Positions 17,617-28,482 of a stretch of 64,000 bases of DNA are shown in pieces. The translations under genes were made by a program, and so were the position numbers. Each line of letters begins with the position of its first letter. Position 1 is the first letter of the stretch. A model generated the notes under the pieces. The model saw only the letters and a program-made list of their open reading frames with translations, did not search any database and was not told the DNA's origin. Source of the DNA: Phycisphaeraceae bacterium (GTDB taxonomy: Bacteria > Planctomycetota > Phycisphaerae > Phycisphaerales > UBA1924); contig CP075368.1 of assembly GCA_019454185.1 (NCBI GenBank), positions 1,899,649 through 1,963,648 on the forward strand, given 5' to 3'.

Positions 17617-18051
17617 CCGGCATCGCGTCACAAGTCCAGCATTTGCAATGGTTCAAGGACGATGAAGGTTGGTTGGTTCGTGTCGATGCCTGACATCGAG
17701 CGAGCGGAACCAGCGGGAACCTGCCAGAACGGCAGTCTTGCCTTCACGGCGGGCGGCTGCGGGGGAGGAAAGAGTTCGGGCTGAGCGTGTGAATAGCCGG
17801 TCCTGCCGGGCATGATACCGGTTGGGGCTGGAGTCGCTCTTTCTCAGGGCTACGAGGTGCGGGGACTGGTTGCGTGGCGAAACACAGCATTCGAAGGCGG
17901 CGAGCGGGGCGTCGATGCTGTGCTCGGGGATCTGCAGTTCACATTCGTGTGAGCGTGCTTTGCCAGCCGCACGGTGGGGCTTTGCTCTCTCAGGATTGTG
18001 ATGCTCTTCCCGCGTTGGCCTGAGATTCCTGATGGTGTACGATAGCGGCCT

Positions 18052-18450
18052 ATGCCGAGCACTCTCGCAGCGGTTGAGCTGAACAGTTACCTGCCGATCT
18101 TCATCATTCTGTTGATGGCGGTGACCTTTGCCGTGGCGAACGTGGCGGGCTCGCTCTTGATCGGTCCTCAGCGCAAGGGCGGGAACAAGGGGATCGCGTA
18201 TGAGTCGGGGATGAACCCGGTTGGAACGGCGCGTAAGCGGTTCAATGTGCGGTTCTATCTGATCGCGATGGTCTTCCTCGTGTTCGACGTTGAGATCATC
18301 TTCCTGTATCCGTGGGCGGCGACGTTCCCGAACATCGATCCCGGCTCTCCGGACTCTTTGGTGTGGCTCGGGCGAATTCTCTTCTTCCTGTTCACGACGG
18401 TCGTGGCGTATGTCTACGGCTTCCGCAAGGGCGTGTTCCGGTTTGACTGA
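18052..18450 (+). CDS. nuoA: NADH-quinone oxidoreductase subunit A
   Basis: Three TM helices, YESGMNP, and FYLIAMVFLVFDVEIIFLYPWA. Confidence 0.9.
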   Translation: MPSTLAAVELNSYLPIFIILLMAVTFAVANVAGSLLIGPQRKGGNKGIAYESGMNPVGTARKRFNVRFYLIAMVFLVFDVEIIFLYPWAATFPNIDPGSPDSLVWLGRILFFLFTTVVAYVYGFRKGVFRFD

Positions 18451-18682
18451 ACCCGCGCCTCTGCGAGCGAGTTGACGGGCGTCTGATAACCAGTGGTTTG
18501 CTGCGACTGCCCGAGAACGCACCGGCACAACCGTCCGGGGCGGATCAGGTGTTGTTGGTTGCGCGCTGCCGGCACGGAACGGGTTGACAGCCAACAGGGA
18601 TGTCGGCGGGGTGCCGATCGAGGGTGACGGCACGGGGCGACCTGGGCCTGCTCGGACACCCGAAGAGACTGGAAAGCCATAC

Positions 18683-19513
18683 ATGAGCAGCAAGAGGGGA
18701 TCGACCGGGCTCTTTTCGCCTGCATCGCCGAGCATCGCGACGACGCATCATGACTTGGTTGAGGTGATCACTTCGCGCCGGATGGGTGCTGCGTTTCAGC
18801 CGATCGTCGATGTTGCCGCGGGGCGGATCGCGGGGGTGGAGGCGTTGGTGCGTCCTGCACCGACTGTGAGCTTCACGACGCCGAGCGAGTTGTTTGATCG
18901 CGCTGAGCAGCTGGGGATGCTGTGGATGCTTGAGGAGGCGATCCGGCGGGTGACGTTCCGCGCGGCGGCTCCGTGGCCGGATGATGTCCTGCTGTTTCTG
19001 AACACAACGCCGGATGTGGCAGGACACCCGGAGTTTGCGGATGCGTTGCTGGGGGCAGCGCATGAGATCGCCGGGCTGGGGCCGGATCGGCTTGTGATCG
19101 AGATCACGGAGCGTGCGTCCGAGTCACGGTTTGATGAGTTGCTGCGAGCGGTTGAGGAACTGAGGGAGCGGGGCGTGCAGATCGCGCTCGACGATGTCGG
19201 CGCGGGTTCCAACGGGCTCAAGCGGATCTCGCAGCTGCGGCCGTCATGGCTGAAACTTGATAGGGACCTTGTGTCGGGGATCGATTCGGACCCGATGAGG
19301 CAGCGGCTTGTGCGATCGATGGTGACGTTCTCTGAGGGTGCAGGGATCCGCATGATCGCAGAGGGCATCGAGCGGCGGGCGGAGTTGGGAACGATTGTTG
19401 ATCTCGGTATCTCGTATGTTCAGGGGTACCTTGTCGGGTTTCCGACGACTCGGGGCGCGGCGATCGCGGGTGGCGCGGTGACTCGGACGCTTGAGGCACT
19501 GGCCAAGTGCTGA
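18683..19513 (+). CDS. stand-alone EAL-domain protein (putative c-di-GMP phosphodiesterase)
   Basis: FQPIVDV...GVEALVRP, VIEITERAS, QIALDDVGAG, LKLDR, AEGIE, QGYLVG. Start set at the ATG at 18683. Confidence 0.8.
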   Translation: MSSKRGSTGLFSPASPSIATTHHDLVEVITSRRMGAAFQPIVDVAAGRIAGVEALVRPAPTVSFTTPSELFDRAEQLGMLWMLEEAIRRVTFRAAAPWPDDVLLFLNTTPDVAGHPEFADALLGAAHEIAGLGPDRLVIEITERASESRFDELLRAVEELRERGVQIALDDVGAGSNGLKRISQLRPSWLKLDRDLVSGIDSDPMRQRLVRSMVTFSEGAGIRMIAEGIERRAELGTIVDLGISYVQGYLVGFPTTRGAAIAGGAVTRTLEALAKC

Positions 19514-19551
19514 GCCGCGCCGGGAGACCGCTGGATCCCTAGCGTTCTCGC

Positions 19552-20034
19552 GTGGATGGAACTTCGGCATCGCTTGGCTTCGAGAGTCGGGCACGCGCGT
19601 CAGCACGGCGCGGGCCATCCATCGGCGTGTGGGAGCGGCTGGCGCATGTTGCGCTCGCGATGGCGTGCCTGGCCGTTCTGTGGGTTGGGCGGGGCTTGGA
19701 GCCGTCGTCTGCGGGGCACGGGTCGCATGTGCAGTTGGGCATGCCGCCGTGTGCGTGGGTTGTGCGGTTCGACAGGCCATGCCCGACGTGCGGCATGACG
19801 ACATCGGTTGCGCACGCTTCGAGGGGTGAATTCCTCAGTTCTCTGGTTGTGCAACCGGCTGGCGCGGCGTTCGCGTTGTTCTGCGCTGTGGCGTTCTGGG
19901 GATCGCTGTACATCGCTGCGACGGGGTCGGCCTTGGGGCGGCTGATCGGCCTGCGGCTGCTGGGGACGAGGTCGCTCTGGTGCGCGGGGGCTCTGGTCGG
20001 CGTATCGTGGGCGTACAAGTTCGTGACTTGGTGA
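19552..20034 (+). CDS. DUF2752-like membrane protein
   Basis: CAWVVRFDRPCPTCGMTTS motif followed by TM segments. Start uncertain. Confidence 0.6.
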   Translation: MDGTSASLGFESRARASARRGPSIGVWERLAHVALAMACLAVLWVGRGLEPSSAGHGSHVQLGMPPCAWVVRFDRPCPTCGMTTSVAHASRGEFLSSLVVQPAGAAFALFCAVAFWGSLYIAATGSALGRLIGLRLLGTRSLWCAGALVGVSWAYKFVTW

Positions 20035-20076
20035 AACCGGCGATGGTCATCGCTCGGATCGGCACCCCTCTGGAGC

Positions 20077-20772
20077 GTGTACGTGGATAGAAGGAAGCGA
20101 CATACTCGGGTGTGCGGCGTGCGTGTGGTGCTGGGGTCGGCGGTGTGCGCGATCATGCTCGGCGCGGGGGCCGGTTGTGCGGCGGTCGGCGTTGCTGCGG
20201 TCGCGGCGAAGAGCATCGAGGAATCTCGCCCGAAGAAGGTGAAGGCCGAGTACACGGGGCTGGTTGGAAAGTCTTATGCCGTTGTTGTGGCGGCGGACCG
20301 CTCCGTGCAGTCGGAGTACCCGACGCTGGTGACGGATCTGACGGCACGGATCAACGATCGGCTGTGGACGAACTCGGGAGCGGCGGCGGGTGTGCCGGCT
20401 CAGGAGTTGCTGCGGTATCTGTATGAGAATCCGAGCTGGACGGCTCGGCCGTACTCGGAATTAGCCGCGACGCTTGGTGTGGAGCGGCTCGTGGTGATCG
20501 ATCTGAATGAGTTCCGCCTGAACGACCCGGGGAACCGATATCTGTGGGACGGGGTTGCGGCGGGTGCGGTCTCTGTGATTGAGGCGGACGGATCGGTGCC
20601 GGATGAGTTTGTATACCAGCGTGCGATCCGCATCGGATTCCCGGATGTGACGGGAGTCGAGCAGGAGCAGTTCACGGCTCGGCAGATCGCGTCTGTGTTG
20701 ATAGCGAGGTTTGTGAATCGGGCAGCGTGGCTGTTCTATGACCACGAGGAAGAGCCCCAGATCAAGTATTAG
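20077..20772 (+). CDS. putative lipoprotein
   Basis: Signal peptide ending in the lipobox LGAGAGC. No family recognised. Confidence 0.55.
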   Translation: MYVDRRKRHTRVCGVRVVLGSAVCAIMLGAGAGCAAVGVAAVAAKSIEESRPKKVKAEYTGLVGKSYAVVVAADRSVQSEYPTLVTDLTARINDRLWTNSGAAAGVPAQELLRYLYENPSWTARPYSELAATLGVERLVVIDLNEFRLNDPGNRYLWDGVAAGAVSVIEADGSVPDEFVYQRAIRIGFPDVTGVEQEQFTARQIASVLIARFVNRAAWLFYDHEEEPQIKY

Positions 20773-20827
20773 AGAAGCAGACGGAGCTCCACTCTTGACG
20801 AAAGCTCTTGGATTGAATCTTGTGTCG

Positions 20828-21472
20828 ATGGGCGCGGCGGCGATGATGTGTGCCGCGGTTTGTGTGTGTGTTGGCATGCTTTCCGGGTGCAACATCGTGG
20901 CGCCGGCGTACTACATCATCCACGGGCCGGAGAAGGTGCCTGCCGTGCACGAGCTGGACTCGAAGCGGCCGACAGTGGTGTTCATTGACGACAGGGGGAA
21001 TCGACTGCCTCGCAGGGCTCTGCGTCAGACGATCGGCGATGCGGCCCAGCAGGCGTTGTTGAATGAGAAGGCGGTCGTTGACATGATCGACACGCGCGGC
21101 GCGATCGCGGCTTCGAGCCAGGATCGCGCGGGCCAGGCGATGTCGATCGTGGATATCGGGAAAGCGGTCGGCGCTGAGGTCGTGATCTACGCGACGGTGG
21201 ATTCGTTCACGATGTCGACTGACGGCCAGAGTTTCTCTCCGTCGGCGACGCTGCGTGTCAAGGTGATCGATGTCAACGCGGATAAGCGGACATGGCCCGA
21301 CGAGAAGGAGGGGTACCCGCTCTCCATGACGCTTCCGCCCAGGACCAGCGAGATCCCCAGGAGTGCGGCGGAGTTGCGTATTGCTGAGGAGGAGGTCGGC
21401 AGGACCATCGGGCTCGGGCTGGCGCAGCTGTTCTACAAGTATGAGCGAGCCCAGGGCGCGTCCCGTCGATAG
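20828..21472 (+). CDS. putative lipoprotein
   Basis: MGAAAMMCAAVCVCVGMLSGC lipobox. ORF 20738..21472 trimmed to the ATG at 20828. Confidence 0.55.
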   Translation: MGAAAMMCAAVCVCVGMLSGCNIVAPAYYIIHGPEKVPAVHELDSKRPTVVFIDDRGNRLPRRALRQTIGDAAQQALLNEKAVVDMIDTRGAIAASSQDRAGQAMSIVDIGKAVGAEVVIYATVDSFTMSTDGQSFSPSATLRVKVIDVNADKRTWPDEKEGYPLSMTLPPRTSEIPRSAAELRIAEEEVGRTIGLGLAQLFYKYERAQGASRR

Positions 21473-21481
21473 ACTCTCGTT

Positions 21482-22564
21482 GTGGCGAACGGCCTGACAA
21501 TCATCCATGTGCTTGATCGTGGCGCGAGCGAGCGAGAGCGCGGGATGCTTGGTGACCTGGATGTGCAGGGGATTCGGGCGTGCGCTCCCTCTCTGGCCCC
21601 CCACTGTCGTCATGTTTCCCTCGACCTTGAGGGATGGACGCTGCTCAGCGCGATCGCGGGACTTCGACGCGTGCGGCGTCCGCCGGACGGGCGCGCGTTG
21701 TTCCATTGCTACTCAAGGCGTGGGGCGGCTGCGCTGCGTGTCGCGTTCGGGCGGAGGTGGCCGATTGTGCTCAGCGTCGGAGAGGAGGCCGAGCCGGTCT
21801 CGCTTCCGTTCCGTATTGCGGGGCCTGATCGCCTGATCAGGCATGGCTTTGCGAGTGGTTCGGCGGGATTCGCTTGCCTGCAGGTCTGCGACGGCGGCGT
21901 CGGACGAGAGGCGATCAGGGGGGCGATGGGAATCGGCGCGGACGAGTGTGTGGTCGGCGCGCTCGCGGACCCTGCGGGGGCGACGAACGCGCGATGGCTG
22001 GTTTTCTTCGCGGGGATTCTGGTGGCCGGGGGCGTTTCGCTGACGGTGCTTGTGCCGCGGGGAGCGGCGCAGGTGGCACGCATGAGGCGATTCCACGCGA
22101 CCACGCGACTGAACCTTCGGGTGCTCGTGGTAGACAGCGGTTGTGAGGTCGGCGGCGCCGGTTCGGACGAGGTGAGCGCGTGGAGGGCTTGCGACGTTGC
22201 CATCGTTCGTCCGGATGTGCATGCGACATGCGTGAGCGGGTGGGCGATCGGCCGAGCGATCGGACGATCGCACATGTCAGGCGTGCCTGTGATCGCACCT
22301 CGCGAGTTGGCTCCTGAGGCGTTGTACTCGGGAGCGCTTGAGGAGAGACTCGTTGTGTCGGCCGCGACTACGAAGCAGATGGCGAGGTGCCTTTCGGTGA
22401 TGATCGAGGACCGCGGGCTGAGGGTTGAGACGGCCTTGCTTGCGCGGCGTGCGGCGGAGGGGGCGATGGGGTCCGACCGTTTGCGAGAACAGATCATCGC
22501 GGCGTACAGCGTGGGCAGTCGCCAGTGGGCAGGATCCTCTCCGATGACGGAGGTTCTGGCGTGA
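21482..22564 (+). CDS. hypothetical protein, possibly a degenerate GT-B glycosyltransferase-like fold
   Basis: Two-lobed pattern (IIHVLD... then ...GVPVIAPREL) but no intact E-x7-E motif. Weak call. Confidence 0.3.
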   Translation: MANGLTIIHVLDRGASERERGMLGDLDVQGIRACAPSLAPHCRHVSLDLEGWTLLSAIAGLRRVRRPPDGRALFHCYSRRGAAALRVAFGRRWPIVLSVGEEAEPVSLPFRIAGPDRLIRHGFASGSAGFACLQVCDGGVGREAIRGAMGIGADECVVGALADPAGATNARWLVFFAGILVAGGVSLTVLVPRGAAQVARMRRFHATTRLNLRVLVVDSGCEVGGAGSDEVSAWRACDVAIVRPDVHATCVSGWAIGRAIGRSHMSGVPVIAPRELAPEALYSGALEERLVVSAATTKQMARCLSVMIEDRGLRVETALLARRAAEGAMGSDRLREQIIAAYSVGSRQWAGSSPMTEVLA

Positions 22565-23061
22565 ATGAGCTCGGGCGTGATCGGAAGGGTGTGCTGTTTG
22601 TGTGCATGGGGAACATCTGCCGCTCGCCACTGGCTGAGGGCATTTTCATCCACCTTGCATCGGAACGGGGTGTTCGTGACCGCTTCCTGGTGGACTCGGC
22701 GGGAACGGGGGCGTGGCACACGGGGGAGCCCGCGGACCCGAGGTCGATCGCGGTGGCACAGGCGCGGGGGGTGCATCTGCCGAGCGTTGCGAGGCAGGTC
22801 GATCCGGAGTCGGACTTCGAGCGGTTCGACTTGATTCTGGCGATGGACCGGAGCAACCGGGCCGGGCTGATCACCCTCGGTGCGCCGGGTGAACGTGTGC
22901 ATCTGATGCGGTCGTTCGACCCGGCCCTCCGCGAGTCACCCGAGCACGAGTTGGACGTGCCCGACCCGTATTACGGTCGTGGGGACGGGTTTGTGCGGGT
23001 GTACGACATGCTGCATCGAGCAACGACGGGGTTGCTCGATGAGCTGATGCGCGAGCAGTGA
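22525..23061 (+). CDS. low-molecular-weight protein-tyrosine phosphatase
   Basis: VLFVCMGNICRSPLAEG P-loop and DPYYG. An alternative GTG start at 22561 overlaps the upstream stop (GTGA). Confidence 0.88.
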   Translation: MGRILSDDGGSGVNELGRDRKGVLFVCMGNICRSPLAEGIFIHLASERGVRDRFLVDSAGTGAWHTGEPADPRSIAVAQARGVHLPSVARQVDPESDFERFDLILAMDRSNRAGLITLGAPGERVHLMRSFDPALRESPEHELDVPDPYYGRGDGFVRVYDMLHRATTGLLDELMREQ

Positions 23062-23114
23062 GGTGGGCGTGGCCAGCAGGAGGGCCTCGGCTCGGAGAGC
23101 CGAGCCACCCAGTG

Positions 23115-24380
23115 TCAGACCTCGAGGAGGATGCGTTCGGGATTCTCGAGCTGGTCCTTGATCCTGACGAGGAACCGGACGGCTCCCTCGCCGTCGACCA
23201 TGCGGTGGTCGTAGGAGAGGGCGAGGTACATCATCGGTCGGATGGCGACCTGGCCGGGCTTGTCCGGATCCTCGACGGCGCGGTTCTTGGTCGCGTGCAT
23301 CCCGAGGATCGCCGACTGGGGCGGATTGAGGATGGGCGTTGACATGAGTGAACCGAAGACGCCGCCGTTGGTGATCGTGAACGTGCCGCCCTGCATCTCT
23401 TCGAGCGTGAGTTTGCCGTCGCGTGCCTTTGTCGCGAGTTCCTTGATGCCGCTCTCGACCTCTGCGAAGGACATGCGTTCGGCGTTTCTCAGTACGGGAA
23501 CGACAAGGCCCTTGGGCGTTGAGACTGCGATCGCGATGTCGGCGTAGGCGTGCTTCTGGACGGCGGGATGCCCCTCGGCATCCTTGACCATGTACGCGTT
23601 GACCATCGGGAACTCGACGAGGGCGTTGGCGGCGGCCTTGACGAAGAAGGACATGAACCCGAGCCCGATGCCGTGCTTCTTCTCGAAGGACTCTTTGTAC
23701 TTTGCCCGGAGCGCCATGATGCGCGTCATGTCCACTTCGTTGAAGGTGGTGAGCATGGCGGCGGTGTGCTGGGCCTCGACGAGGCGCTGGGCGATGCGCT
23801 GGCGGATCGGCGGCATGCGCTCGATCGTGGTCGCGCGAGGGCCTGACGGAGCGGGCGCGGGGGCTTTGGTTGGCGTAGAGGCAGCAGCAGCCGGCGCGGG
23901 GCTCTTGCCCTTGACGAAATCGATGACGTCCTGCTCGCGGACACGGTGGCCGGCGCCTGTGCCGGAGACTTTGGAGAGGTCTACACCGTGCTCGGCGGCG
24001 ACCTTCTTCGCGAGCGGTGTGGCGCGGATCTCGCCGTTTGCGGCCTGATCCGAGGTCTTGACGGTGTCGACTGCGGGGGGCGCGAGCACACTGGTCGCGG
24101 ACCCGGACTCGCTGGCAACAGAGGCAGCAGACGCGGCGGGTGAGCCGCCGGCTTCCATGCGTCCGACGACAGCGCCGACGTTGACGGTGTCGCCCTCTTT
24201 CGCGGCGTGGCGGAGGATGCCGTCGGCGGGGGCGACGATCTCCATGTTGACCTTGTCGGTTTCGAGTTCGAGGACCGCTTCGTCGCGTTTGACGAACGCG
24301 CCGTCGGCCTTGAGCCATTTGGAGATAACACCGGAGGCGACCGACTCGCCAACAGTCGGGATGAGGATGTCCGTCGACAT
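23115..24380 (-). CDS. sucB: 2-oxoglutarate dehydrogenase E2, dihydrolipoyllysine-residue succinyltransferase
   Basis: Lipoyl domain ([12 protein letters not shown]), a peripheral subunit-binding domain, and a catalytic domain with the DHRMVDG motif. Confidence 0.93.
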   Translation of the reverse strand: MSTDILIPTVGESVASGVISKWLKADGAFVKRDEAVLELETDKVNMEIVAPADGILRHAAKEGDTVNVGAVVGRMEAGGSPAASAASVASESGSATSVLAPPAVDTVKTSDQAANGEIRATPLAKKVAAEHGVDLSKVSGTGAGHRVREQDVIDFVKGKSPAPAAAASTPTKAPAPAPSGPRATTIERMPPIRQRIAQRLVEAQHTAAMLTTFNEVDMTRIMALRAKYKESFEKKHGIGLGFMSFFVKAAANALVEFPMVNAYMVKDAEGHPAVQKHAYADIAIAVSTPKGLVVPVLRNAERMSFAEVESGIKELATKARDGKLTLEEMQGGTFTITNGGVFGSLMSTPILNPPQSAILGMHATKNRAVEDPDKPGQVAIRPMMYLALSYDHRMVDGEGAVRFLVRIKDQLENPERILLEV

Positions 24381-24414
24381 GAGGATGCTCTCGTGGAGGG
24401 TGTGCGGTCGGTGA

Positions 24415-27345
24415 TCAGCGTGATGCAGCGGCCTTGGCCTTGCCGGGCTTTGCGGCTTCCGTTGCGCGGGGCGCGGTATCCGTCGTTCCGGCGGCGGGGC
24501 CGACTGCGGCGGCGATGATGTCCTCTTGCTCGTGCTTGTGAACGGTCTTCGACCCGACGGCGGGGCTGGCGGCGGCGCGGCGACCGATGTATGTGAGCTC
24601 GATGCCGAGACGCGAGCGGACGATGTCGCTGATGAAGAGGAACGCGCCGGTGTTCCGCGGCTCTTCCTGGCACCAGACGTGCTCCCTGACGTTGGGATAC
24701 TTGGCGATGATGTCTTTGGCGAGTTGCTCGTGGAACGGATAGAGCTGCTCGACGCGGACGATGGCGACGTCTGTGCGAGCGATCGCGTCGCGTCGCTCCA
24801 TGAGTTCGTGCCCGATCTTTCCGGAGCAGAAGACGATGCGATTGACTTTGGACCTGTCTGACCCGCGCGAGACGAACGCGGGATCGTCCATGATCTCCCA
24901 GAATCTGCCGGAGACCAGCTCGTCGATCGTGCTTGTCTCTTTACGGAGGTGCCCCTTTGGGGTTGCGACGATCAGGGGTTTGCGGAAGGAGCGTTTGACC
25001 TGCCTTCTCAGGAGGTGGAAGGTCTGGGCTCCTGTCGAGGGGACGACGACCTGCATGTTGTGCTCGGCACAGAGTTGCAGGAAGCGTTCGATCCTGCAGG
25101 ATGAGTGCTCGGGGCCCGCGCCTTCGTACCCGTGCGGGAGGAGCATGACGAGCCCGGACCAGCGTTCCCACTTGGTTTCCGCGCTCGCGAGGAACTGATC
25201 GATGATGACCTGCGCACCGTTGACGAAGTCGCCGAACTGGGCTTCCCAGATGACGAGAACGTTGGGATCGGCGAGGGAGTAGCCGTACTCGAAGCCGAGG
25301 ACGGACATCTCGGAGAGCGGGCTGTCGTAGACCTTGAATCCGGCTTGGCGGGGGCGACCGTCGGCTCCGGGGCTCCCGACCGGATGATCGGTGGAGGGCT
25401 CGCCCAGTTCGCGCATGCCGTTGAGCGGCTCGTACGGCGCGCCTGTGACGGCGTCTCGCAGGACAGCGTGACGCTGCGAGAAGGTGCCCCGGCGACAGTC
25501 CTGCCCGGAGAGCCGGACGTGGTTGCCTTCGAGGAGGAGCGTGCCGAATGCGAGCATTTCTGCGTCGGCGTGGGAGATTGCGCCGGCCCGCCAGAGCTCG
25601 GCCCGGGACTTGAGAAGGGCCTTGAGCTTGGGGTTGACGTTGAAGCCGTCGGGGACGCGGCCGAGCGCCTCGCTCACCTCGCGGATCGTTTCGATGCTGA
25701 CATTGGTCGGGACGCTCTCGAAATTGAACTTCTGGGAGAGCCCGCGCCAGCGGTCGCTGCCGGGGTCGATGTTGGGATCGAAGGGCTTACGCTTGGCAGC
25801 GGCCTGTGCGTCCTCGAGCGACTGAGAGAGACGCCCGTTGATGACATCGATATCGGACTGCTGGATGACGCCCGCGGCCTGGAGGCGCTTGGCGTATGAG
25901 GTCAGGGTGCTGTCCTTGGCCTTGATGAGCGCGGCGAGGATGGGTTGGGTGTACGACTGCTCGTCCTGCTCGTTGTGGCCGTACTTGCGGAAGCACCACA
26001 TGTCGATCATGACGTCTTTGCGGAACGCCAGGCGGTACTCCAGCGCGATCTCGGCGACCTTGAAGACCGCGTCGGGGTCTTCGGCGTTCACGTGCAGGAT
26101 CGGGGCGTCGATCATCTTGGCGACGTCGGTGCAGTAGCGGCTGGAGCGAGAGTCCTCCGGGACCGTTGTGAAGCCGATCATGTTGTTGACGACGACGTGG
26201 ATTGTGCCGCCGGTGGTGTAGCCCTCCAACTGGGAGAAGTTGAGGCACTCGGCCACGACGCCCTGGCCCGCGATGGCGGCATCGCCGTGGATGAGGACAG
26301 GGACGACGCGTCTGCGCTCGACATCGTTCCGGAGGCGCTGCTTGGCGCGAGTGCGGCCCTCGACGATCGGGTTCACGCTTTCAAGGTGGCTGGGGTTGCT
26401 GGCCATGGCGAGACGGAGGGTCTTGCCGGACCTGAAGGTGCGGACGCCGGAGTAGCCGCGGTGGTATTTCACGTCGCCCGAGGCGTCTGCGAAGCCATCC
26501 TGGTAGCTGTCCTCGAACTCGGTGAAGATCTGCTCGTAGGTCTTGCCGAGGATGTTGTTGAGGACGTTGAGCCGCCCGCGGTGGGCCATGCCCATGACGA
26601 CTTCTTGAACGCCGTTGTCTGCGGCGTGTTCGAGGAGACGGTCGAGGAGGGGGATGAGCGACTCTGCGCCTTCGAGACTGAATCGCTTCTCGCCGGGATA
26701 GCGCTTTGCGAGGAAGGTTTCGAAGGATTCGGCGCGGGTGAGTTGTTCGAGAACGTGTGCCTGCTCGCCTCGGGTGAGTTTGATGCCGCCTCCGTTGCGG
26801 GAGGCCCTGGCGATGAGCCAGTCGCGTTCCTCGCGGTTCTGAACGTGCATGAACTCACAGCCGATGGAGCGGCAGTACGTGGTCTCGAGGCGATCGATGA
26901 TGTCGCGCAGGCGGATGGAACCGGCGACCCCGACAATCGAGCCGTCGACGTCTCGGTCGAGGTCGGCATCGGAGAGACCCCAGTGGGCGGGCGCGAGCGC
27001 GGCGGGGCGTTCCCGTGGACGGTCGAATGGATCGAGGGCGGCGCAAAGGTGGCCGAGTTCCTGGTAGGCGTGGACGAGGTGCCAGACTGCGTGCTCGAAG
27101 CTGCCGACTGCGGCGGAACCCGAGGAGTTGGTCGTGCTTCGCGGTCCGCCACCGGCCAGCGCGAGATCGAAGCCCTGGAAGAACGCCCGCAGGTCGGGCG
27201 TTACCGAGTTTGGATCCTGCCTATACCGATCGAACTCGGCCTCCAGGAAGTCGGCGTTCCAGCCGTTCACGGATGGCGTAAGTGATTGCAACTGCTGCGC
27301 TTGGGTTGACCCAGCCATGATGAACCTCGACGGCGAGCGAGCCAC
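24415..27345 (-). CDS. sucA: 2-oxoglutarate dehydrogenase E1 component
   Basis: ~970 aa with E1o motifs ([39 protein letters not shown]). Directly upstream of sucB. Start could be the ATG at 27318. Confidence 0.95.
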   Translation of the reverse strand: MARSPSRFIMAGSTQAQQLQSLTPSVNGWNADFLEAEFDRYRQDPNSVTPDLRAFFQGFDLALAGGGPRSTTNSSGSAAVGSFEHAVWHLVHAYQELGHLCAALDPFDRPRERPAALAPAHWGLSDADLDRDVDGSIVGVAGSIRLRDIIDRLETTYCRSIGCEFMHVQNREERDWLIARASRNGGGIKLTRGEQAHVLEQLTRAESFETFLAKRYPGEKRFSLEGAESLIPLLDRLLEHAADNGVQEVVMGMAHRGRLNVLNNILGKTYEQIFTEFEDSYQDGFADASGDVKYHRGYSGVRTFRSGKTLRLAMASNPSHLESVNPIVEGRTRAKQRLRNDVERRRVVPVLIHGDAAIAGQGVVAECLNFSQLEGYTTGGTIHVVVNNMIGFTTVPEDSRSSRYCTDVAKMIDAPILHVNAEDPDAVFKVAEIALEYRLAFRKDVMIDMWCFRKYGHNEQDEQSYTQPILAALIKAKDSTLTSYAKRLQAAGVIQQSDIDVINGRLSQSLEDAQAAAKRKPFDPNIDPGSDRWRGLSQKFNFESVPTNVSIETIREVSEALGRVPDGFNVNPKLKALLKSRAELWRAGAISHADAEMLAFGTLLLEGNHVRLSGQDCRRGTFSQRHAVLRDAVTGAPYEPLNGMRELGEPSTDHPVGSPGADGRPRQAGFKVYDSPLSEMSVLGFEYGYSLADPNVLVIWEAQFGDFVNGAQVIIDQFLASAETKWERWSGLVMLLPHGYEGAGPEHSSCRIERFLQLCAEHNMQVVVPSTGAQTFHLLRRQVKRSFRKPLIVATPKGHLRKETSTIDELVSGRFWEIMDDPAFVSRGSDRSKVNRIVFCSGKIGHELMERRDAIARTDVAIVRVEQLYPFHEQLAKDIIAKYPNVREHVWCQEEPRNTGAFLFISDIVRSRLGIELTYIGRRAAASPAVGSKTVHKHEQEDIIAAAVGPAAGTTDTAPRATEAAKPGKAKAAASR

Positions 27346-27504
27346 GTAACCGTGCGGGCGGCGCGCGCCAACGCTTGAACCGGGATGGTAGGCCCATCTA
27401 TCGGCGGTTCGCGAACAGGACTGGCCTGATTCTCAGACCTTCGGGGGTTTCGGCGTAAAGGAGACGAGACACTTCGGACCGTGTTGAGTCCCCCCCGGCG
27501 GTGC

Positions 27505-28392
27505 TCAGCCGAACCTGCCGGTAACGTAGTCTTCGGTCTCTGAGAGGCGGGGGTTCTGGAAGATATCCTCGGTCGTTCCGTGTTCGACGAGTCGGCCCAA
27601 GTACATGAACATGGTGTAGTCGCTGACCCTGGTCGCCTGTTGCATGTTGTGGGTGACGATGAGGACGGTGTAGCGGCTGCTGATCTCGTGGATCAGCTCC
27701 TCGATTCTGAGCGTCGCGATCGGGTCGAGGGCTGAGCATGGCTCGTCGAGGAGGAGGACCTCGGGCTCGGCGGCGATGGCCCGGGCGATGCACAGACGCT
27801 GCTGCTGGCCACCCGAGAGGCCGAGGGCGGACTGGTTCAATCGGTCTTTGACCTCATCCCAGAGGGCGGCACCCTTGAGACTGCGTTCGCAGGCCTCTTC
27901 GAGGACCTTGCGGCGGCGCTCGCCATCGATGCGGAGGGCGTAGACGACGTTCTCGAAGATCGACATCGGGAAGGGATTGGGCTTCTGGAAGACCATGCCG
28001 AGGCGTTTGCGGAGGTCGATCACATCGACATCACGGCCATAGACGGAGGTGCCGTTCAGGCGCATGTCGCCTGTGATGCGGACGCCTTCCACGAGGTCGT
28101 TGAGACGATTGACGGAGCGGAGGAGCGTTGACTTGCCGCAGCCGGACGGACCGATGATGGCCGTGACTTTGCCTCGGGGGACTTGGGTTGTGACGTCGTA
28201 GAGGGCCTTTGCGGCGCTGTAGTAGAGGCAGAAGTTTTCGATGCTAAGCACGGGATCGCCGGAGACGACTGTCTCGTGGATGACGGGAGCGGGAGTCTCG
28301 CCCCTTCGGATGGCCTCGATGACCGGGTATGAGCGCCCTGGGCGCTTTGTGGCCTGCACGTGCTTCCCTGCCTCAAGCTGTGTTGTGGGCAT
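27505..28392 (-). CDS. pstB: phosphate ABC transporter ATP-binding protein PstB
   Basis: [29 protein letters not shown], and the PstB-typical C-terminus ...[10 protein letters not shown]. Confidence 0.93.
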   Translation of the reverse strand: MPTTQLEAGKHVQATKRPGRSYPVIEAIRRGETPAPVIHETVVSGDPVLSIENFCLYYSAAKALYDVTTQVPRGKVTAIIGPSGCGKSTLLRSVNRLNDLVEGVRITGDMRLNGTSVYGRDVDVIDLRKRLGMVFQKPNPFPMSIFENVVYALRIDGERRRKVLEEACERSLKGAALWDEVKDRLNQSALGLSGGQQQRLCIARAIAAEPEVLLLDEPCSALDPIATLRIEELIHEISSRYTVLIVTHNMQQATRVSDYTMFMYLGRLVEHGTTEDIFQNPRLSETEDYVTGRFG

Positions 28393-28482
28393 GCGAGTAG
28401 ATGGTAGCGGCGGCGGCCCTCATGGCCCGTGTCGGAGACGTCTTTGCGCGATCCTCATAATTCGTGTGCATGGTTGGAGCGT

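Noticed and set aside
15452-17640. CIRCE (HrcA operator) or HAIR (HspR operator) upstream of groES, groEL and dnaJ.
   Set aside because: I found no TTAGCACTC-N9-GAGTGCTAA or CTTGAGT-N7-ACTCAAG match by eye. The only half-site-like string (TTGGCACTC at 17608-17616) is better explained as the sigma-54 -24 box.
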